Below are positions 16,829-21,403 of a DNA stretch of 21,403 nt, one piece after another; the first letter of the stretch is position 1; each line of letters starts with the position of its first letter. Both the position numbers and the translations under genes were made by a program. Under the pieces are notes generated by a model. That model was not told the DNA's origin, ran no database searches, and worked only from the letters and a program-made list of their open reading frames with translations. This DNA is from Candidatus Aenigmatarchaeota archaeon (GTDB lineage Archaea; Aenigmatarchaeota; Aenigmatarchaeia; GW2011-AR5; JAGGXF01): the NCBI GenBank assembly GCA_029932645.1, contig JAOZPR010000001.1:21444-42846 (forward strand), read 5' to 3'.

Positions 16829-17014
16829 ATGCCTGTTTGTTCGTTTTGTGGTAAAAAATTTGAAAGGGGTACAGGAAAACTGCTAGTTCTGAATACTGGA
16901 AAGATGTTATGGTTTTGTTCATCAAAATGCGAGAAAAATATGATGAAATTGAAGAGAGACCCAAAGGCGGTCAAATGGACCGAAAGTTCACGAACATTTA
17001 AAAAGAAAAAATAA
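16829..17014 (+). CDS. rpl24e: 50S ribosomal protein eL24
   Basis: CSFCG..GTG..FCSSKCEKN..KWT. Confidence 0.95.
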   Translation: MPVCSFCGKKFERGTGKLLVLNTGKMLWFCSSKCEKNMMKLKRDPKAVKWTESSRTFKKKK

Positions 17015-17038
17015 ATAATAGATTATAAATAATAGATT
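17011..17038. repeat. Tandem duplication 2 x ATAAATAATAGATT
   Basis: Perfect 14-bp unit overlapping the rpl24e stop codon. Confidence 0.85.
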
Positions 17039-17103
17039 AATAGGTTGCGTGCTTGATAGTAGACTGTGTGCTTAATGGCTTGTCTGCCTGCTGAACACGG
17101 GAT

Positions 17104-17466
17104 ATGCACGGTGCTTTGATGAAAAAAATCAAGGGTAAAAAGAAGATACCATATAAGATTAAGCCCAGTTTTTTCGCAGGCTTCCTAATCTTTAACTTTT
17201 TATTGTTGTTGTCTGTCATTGTATCCTTTCTTCTCTATGGAATTGGCAACAACTTGTTTTTTAGCGTGTCTATAGCAATACTTGTTGTGAACTCATTATT
17301 TATCTTAATTAGTGCAAAAGAAATCAGGCTGTTGTTCTGCGCTTTTCTGGTCGTACTGATCTTTTTTGTTAATATCGCACTGAGAGACCTCAATATAAGC
17401 ATATTCCTGGTCGGTATTCTGACAATGATTTTCAGTCTGGCTATTATATTCCAAGAAAGAGGATGA
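17104..17466 (+). CDS. Hypothetical membrane protein (about 4 TM helices)
   Basis: Basic N-terminus followed by four hydrophobic stretches; fills the gap up to the convergent CBS gene. Start may be 17119. Confidence 0.6.
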   Translation: MHGALMKKIKGKKKIPYKIKPSFFAGFLIFNFLLLLSVIVSFLLYGIGNNLFFSVSIAILVVNSLFILISAKEIRLLFCAFLVVLIFFVNIALRDLNISIFLVGILTMIFSLAIIFQERG

Positions 17467-17467
17467 G

Positions 17468-17944
17468 CTATTTTTCCACATCTTTTTCCAGTGCATCAAT
17501 TATATCAGATCTGGCTATAACACCCACTAATTTCTTGTCCTTGACAACCGGTACTAGGTTAATCTTATATTTGTTCATGATTCTCAACGCTTCATATACA
17601 TCATCATTTAGAGAAACCGTTCTTATGGTTTTTGTCATAAATTCTGATACCGGAACTGTCAAAATTTTTTTCAGACTGTCTTCAAGTGCCTCAAAGTGTT
17701 CTTTGCCTTTTAGCAAACCTATAACAACCGGAAATGTTTTTGATGTAGATTCTTGTATTTTCGAGTGTATGTCTGCAACTCTTAGAACATCACTATGAGA
17801 AACGATACCCATAATCTCCTTTTTTGCGTTAAGGACGGGGCAGGCCTCTATCTTATGCTCTGAAAAAATCTCCAGAACATCCTTTAGATTGTTGTTTGGC
17901 TTGAGTGTGACTGGTTTTTTGGTCATGATTTCGCTAACTTCCAT
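17468..17944 (-). CDS. CBS-domain pair protein
   Basis: VSEIMTKKPVT..CPVL..GIVSHSDV and VSEFMTK..VPVV..GVIARSDII. Confidence 0.92.
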   Translation of the reverse strand: MEVSEIMTKKPVTLKPNNNLKDVLEIFSEHKIEACPVLNAKKEIMGIVSHSDVLRVADIHSKIQESTSKTFPVVIGLLKGKEHFEALEDSLKKILTVPVSEFMTKTIRTVSLNDDVYEALRIMNKYKINLVPVVKDKKLVGVIARSDIIDALEKDVEK

Positions 17945-18019
17945 AATTTAGTTTTATATACCCTCTGGTTTAAATTGATTTTTGCCTGAAACAAAGGTTT
18001 AAAAACCTTTTCTCTAATA

Positions 18020-18047
18020 AAATAACAAAGTCGAAATAACAAAGTCG
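18020..18047. repeat. Tandem duplication 2 x AAATAACAAAGTCG
   Basis: Perfect 14-bp unit upstream of the S13 leader. Confidence 0.85.
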
Positions 18048-18150
18048 GTCAAAACAATCTTCGCTGAAGCGAAGTGCCGGCGGTTATGCTGTTCGACAAA
18101 GAACCATAACCTAAAATGTTCCAAGAGACATTAAATGTTTCTGGTGGAGC
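18044..18150 (+). ncRNA. Candidate structured leader or ncRNA (three consecutive hairpins) upstream of rps13
   Basis: GTCGGT/GCCGGC enclosing CTTCGC-TGAA-GCGAAG; GGTTATG..GTTC/GAAC-CATAACC; GTTCCA-AGAGACAT/ATGTTTCT..TGGAGC. The G-U pairs favour the + strand. Confidence 0.45.
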
Positions 18151-18232
18151 GATTTCACAATCAGTCACAATCGTATAATTATGTAGACTGTGTAAACTTA
18201 CTATAAATCATGACTGATTATAGTTGATTATT

Positions 18233-18685
18233 ATGGCAGAAACCAAAAAAATTGTAAGGTTGATTAATACAGACCTTGATGGTGAACTTAGCATAGGAAG
18301 GGCTCTGAAAGAGATAAAGGGCATCGGTCCTTCGATAGCAAAAGCCATATGTATAAATGCGAAAATAGATAGCAGAGCCAAGCTTGGCGATCTCAAAGAA
18401 GATGATATCGATCGCATAGAGGATATTATAAAAAATTCTGCCTTTCCAAGCTGGACAACTAATCTCAGAACGCCCGAAAAGAAAATGCATAACGTTTCAG
18501 CTAGAATAGACTTTGAATTAAGAAAGAACATAAATATATTGAGACGAATACGAGCCTATCGCGGGATCAGACATGAACAAAACCTACCAGTGCGTGGGCA
18601 AAGAACAAGAGGCTGCTTTAGACACAATAAAACAGTAGGTGTTCAGAAAAAAAAGGCATTGCAGGCCAAACGTGCAAAAAAGTGA
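18233..18685 (+). CDS. rps13: 30S ribosomal protein uS13
   Basis: IVRLINTDLDG, IKGIG, YRGIRH..LPVRGQRT. Confidence 0.96.
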   Translation: MAETKKIVRLINTDLDGELSIGRALKEIKGIGPSIAKAICINAKIDSRAKLGDLKEDDIDRIEDIIKNSAFPSWTTNLRTPEKKMHNVSARIDFELRKNINILRRIRAYRGIRHEQNLPVRGQRTRGCFRHNKTVGVQKKKALQAKRAKK

Positions 18686-18695
18686 AGTGATGTAA

Positions 18696-19193
18696 ATGGG
18701 GCACCCAAAAAAACAAAAAAGAAAATACGAGAAACCGAAAAGACCTTATGATAAGAACCGAATAGCTGAAGAAAAAAAACTAATGAGCGAATTCGGCCTG
18801 AGAAGAAAAAAAGAGATATGGAAAGCGGAGAGTGTTTTAAGAGATTTCAGAGAAAGGGCCAGAGCGTTGCAAGGAAAAAGAAATGAAGAAAGCGAAAAAG
18901 AACTTATAACCAAACTTCATAAAATAGGCTTGATAAAAGAAGATGCACAACTTGATGATGTACTTGAGCTTACAGTCTATGATATACTTTCTAGAAGATT
19001 GCAGAGCATAATACTCAACAAGAAATTTGCCAACAGTCCGAAGCATGCAAGGCAACTGGTTGTTCATGGCCACGTCCTAATAAACAAAAGAAAAATCAGG
19101 TGGCCAGGCTTTTTGGTGCCGACAAAACTAGAAAATAAAATAAGCTTGAATCCAAAAATAAAGATGCAAATCTTGGCTGGTGAGAAAGAATGA
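18696..19193 (+). CDS. rps4: 30S ribosomal protein uS4
   Basis: [31 protein letters not shown]. Confidence 0.96.
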   Translation: MGHPKKQKRKYEKPKRPYDKNRIAEEKKLMSEFGLRRKKEIWKAESVLRDFRERARALQGKRNEESEKELITKLHKIGLIKEDAQLDDVLELTVYDILSRRLQSIILNKKFANSPKHARQLVVHGHVLINKRKIRWPGFLVPTKLENKISLNPKIKMQILAGEKE

Positions 19194-19588
19194 GAAAAAA
19201 AGAAAAACTCAGGTGGGGAATAGCAAATATATTTTCATCAGTCAACAATACGATTGTCCATATAACAGATATAACCGGCTCGGAAACCGTGGCCAGATAC
19301 TCAGGAGGTATGATTACTAATCAGGACAGGCTCAAGGGAAACCCATTTCCTGCGCTGAAAGCGGCCCAAAAAGCTGCAGAGGATGCTCTGGGGCATGATA
19401 TTGATGCTGTTCATATTCGTGTTAGAGCACCCGGAGGACATATGTCAAAAATTCCGGGGCAGGGCGCGCAACCCGCTATAAGAGCGCTCGCGCGTTCGGG
19501 GCTAAAGATAGGAAGAATAGAAGATGTCACGCCCATACCGCACGACTCGACAAAAAAGAAAGGCGGAAGAAGGGGAAGAAGGGTATAG
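19190..19588 (+). CDS. rps11: 30S ribosomal protein uS11
   Basis: [46 protein letters not shown] overlap with rps4. Confidence 0.97.
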   Translation: MRKKEKLRWGIANIFSSVNNTIVHITDITGSETVARYSGGMITNQDRLKGNPFPALKAAQKAAEDALGHDIDAVHIRVRAPGGHMSKIPGQGAQPAIRALARSGLKIGRIEDVTPIPHDSTKKKGGRRGRRV

Positions 19589-19682
19589 TATTAGTTATGA
19601 TAAACTATACTGTTGGATATGATATTGATTATGAGAACTATAATGGGCTTGAAAAATAGAGTGTAAAAACATGGTGTAAAAT

Positions 19683-20477
19683 ATGAATGTAAAAATCTTG
19701 GAAAAAAACCCCAAACATGTGAAATTCGTATTAGAAAAAGCTACACCTGCATTTGCAAACGCATTGAGACAGATTATGGTAGCAGAAATTCCTATTATGG
19801 CCATTGATTATGCAGACATAGAGAAAAACTCAACAGGCCTGTTCGATGAGCTGCTCGCACACAGGCTCGGTCTGATTCCGTTGAAGTTCAACCCAAAACT
19901 TTTCAATCTCAGAGAGGAGTGTAAATGTGGTGGACGCGGATGCAGCAGATGTGAGGTTGTGTTTAGCTTAGAGGGAACCGGACCATGCACGCTTCATTCG
20001 GGTGACCTAAAGAGCAATGACGAATCTGTGAAGCCGGCAGATCCGAATATACCGATAGTTGAGTTACTTGAAGGCCGAACACTTAAACTACAAGCCGTTG
20101 CTTCACTTGGTCTTGGAAAAAATCACACAAAATATCAGGCCGCTGTTGTAGGCTACAGATATATGCCACAGATAAGAATAAACAAAGACAAGTGTAATGT
20201 GTGTGGGAAATGTGTGGAAAAATGTCCAGAGCACATCCTACAGAAGAAAAGTGGGAAGATAACGGTGGTTAATAGCATCGAATGTCCGCTATGTATGTAT
20301 TGCGTGGATAATTGTGAAAAGGATGCCATAGCCGTGACCGGAGACAGTAAAAATATAATTTTCACGGTCGAATCAACATGCGGGTTATCAACACAAGATG
20401 TGATAAGACAGGCTTTGGATATCTTGGATAAAAAATTACTCGACTTCAGAGACGAGCTTGAAAAGGTAGTCAAGTGA
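19683..20477 (+). CDS. rpo3: RNA polymerase subunit Rpo3 (RpoD) with ferredoxin-like domain
   Basis: FANALRQIM, DELLAHRLGLIP, CKC..CSRC, and two CxxCxxCxxxC motifs. Confidence 0.96.
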   Translation: MNVKILEKNPKHVKFVLEKATPAFANALRQIMVAEIPIMAIDYADIEKNSTGLFDELLAHRLGLIPLKFNPKLFNLREECKCGGRGCSRCEVVFSLEGTGPCTLHSGDLKSNDESVKPADPNIPIVELLEGRTLKLQAVASLGLGKNHTKYQAAVVGYRYMPQIRINKDKCNVCGKCVEKCPEHILQKKSGKITVVNSIECPLCMYCVDNCEKDAIAVTGDSKNIIFTVESTCGLSTQDVIRQALDILDKKLLDFRDELEKVVK

Positions 20478-20529
20478 CCCCCTTTATAACACTTAGCATA
20501 GAGTTAGCATGAGCATAATACTGATAAAT

Positions 20530-20675
20530 GCTGGGGTACCCAAGTCATGGTTCGCAGAAGAACCACTTGAATGGCCAAAGGGGCAGGTTCATTTGACTCC
20601 TAATGTGGTCAAATGATGTCATACTTAAGATCCTGTGACTTAGTGTCTGCGTGGGTTCGAATCCCATCCCCAGCA
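20530..20675 (+). tRNA. tRNA-Leu(TAA) with two non-canonical introns: 25 nt in the D-loop (20547-20571) and 35 nt at 30/31 (20588-20622)
   Basis: Spliced sequence: GCTGGGG TA CCC AAGTC|TGGCCAAA GGG G CAGG|A CTTAAGA TCCTG TGACTTAGTGTCTGC GTGGG TTCGAAT CCCAT CCCCAGC A. Both introns form BHB motifs; usual position between rpoD and rpl18e. Confidence 0.94.
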
Positions 20676-20830
20676 TGAGAAGCACTAAAAACCCGACAAC
20701 AGTAAAAAAACGGCACAACAGAAATGAAATAAAAGAAAACACAGGTGTGAATGAAATAATAGGTATAAAAGAGGTATGAAAACACAAATATGAACAAAAT
20801 AAGACATATGAACAACAGAGATGGTAAAAA

Positions 20831-21160
20831 ATGGCTGCAACAGATAAAAATCTGAGAGAACTTATCAAAAAGCTGAAAAAACATAAGGAGAAGTTTTACA
20901 AAGTCTTGGTCAGGTCGCTGTCTTCAGCAAGAAGAAAGCGTGTCGCTGTTAATCTGACAAAGATAGATAAGATTGGGAAAGACGGGGAAGTTATTATCGT
21001 TCCAGGAAAGGTTCTGGGAAACGGCAGACTGACAAAAAATCTGAGTGTTTGTGCGTGGTCCTTTTCAAAGGCTGCCGAAAAGAAAATAAAAGAAAGCGGC
21101 AAGATTGTGTCTTGGAATGAAATAATCGAAAAGAAGATTAAGGGAAGGATTGTTGTATAA
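20831..21160 (+). CDS. rpl18e: 50S ribosomal protein eL18
   Basis: VAVNLTKI, VPGKVLGNG, AWSFSKAAEKKI. Confidence 0.95.
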   Translation: MAATDKNLRELIKKLKKHKEKFYKVLVRSLSSARRKRVAVNLTKIDKIGKDGEVIIVPGKVLGNGRLTKNLSVCAWSFSKAAEKKIKESGKIVSWNEIIEKKIKGRIVV

Positions 21161-21240
21161 GGCATGATAATCGCATAGTAAAAATTATAGGGGCCAAAAC
21201 AATTATAGGCCAAAAGAATTATAATAACATGGTGTGAAAA

Positions 21241-21403
21241 ATGATTATAGATGCAAAAGATGCCATACTTGGTAGGCTTTCAGCATACGTAGCAAAAAGG
21301 CTTTTGAAAGGCGAAAGTATTCTTATAGTCAATGGGGAGAAAGCCATAATAACAGGAGACCGCAAGAAAATTTTCGAAAGATATCTCCAAAGAAAACAGC
21401 GCA
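21241..21403 (+). CDS. rpl13: 50S ribosomal protein uL13 (5' part, truncated by window end)
   Basis: [45 protein letters not shown]. Confidence 0.93.
   Translation, partial: MIIDAKDAILGRLSAYVAKRLLKGESILIVNGEKAIITGDRKKIFERYLQRKQR

Noticed and set aside
20690..20830. CRISPR-like array in the repetitive tRNA-Leu/rpl18e spacer
   Set aside because: Repeats are only about 10 bp, irregularly spaced, with no repeat-spacer periodicity and no cas genes.
20545..20884. Minus-strand ORFs of 107 and 91 aa
   Set aside because: Antisense to tRNA-Leu and an A-rich spacer; their hydrophobicity reflects T-rich composition.

Overview
Archaeal core-genome window, most likely from a DPANN lineage (inferred from the single-gene PriS-PriL primase fusion and from tRNAs carrying several introns). 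It holds a phosphohexomutase, ATP-dependent DNA ligase and a MEMO1-family gene. A long minus-strand run follows, in transcription order: eS27, aIF2-alpha, Nop10, PAC2, Rpo6, enolase, uS2, fused primase, GINS, eL42/L44e, adenylate kinase, DUF106, Cbf5, Trm112, tRNA-Ser, uL16 and a Zn-ribbon protein. The plus strand carries L7Ae-eS28-eL24 and uS13-uS4-uS11-Rpo3-tRNA-Leu-eL18-uL13. A Nudix gene and a RelE-type toxin-antitoxin pair sit between primase and GINS. Items missing from the ORF track and read directly from sequence: tRNA-Ser(GGA) with a 12-nt anticodon-loop intron and a structured 102-nt T-loop intron; tRNA-Leu(TAA) with two non-canonical BHB introns; Trm112; Nop10; a 38-aa, 71%-acidic microprotein just downstream of rpo6; a three-hairpin RNA element upstream of the S13 operon; and short tandem duplications in many intergenic spacers. 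All calls come from motif recognition by eye; no database searches or folding programs were run.
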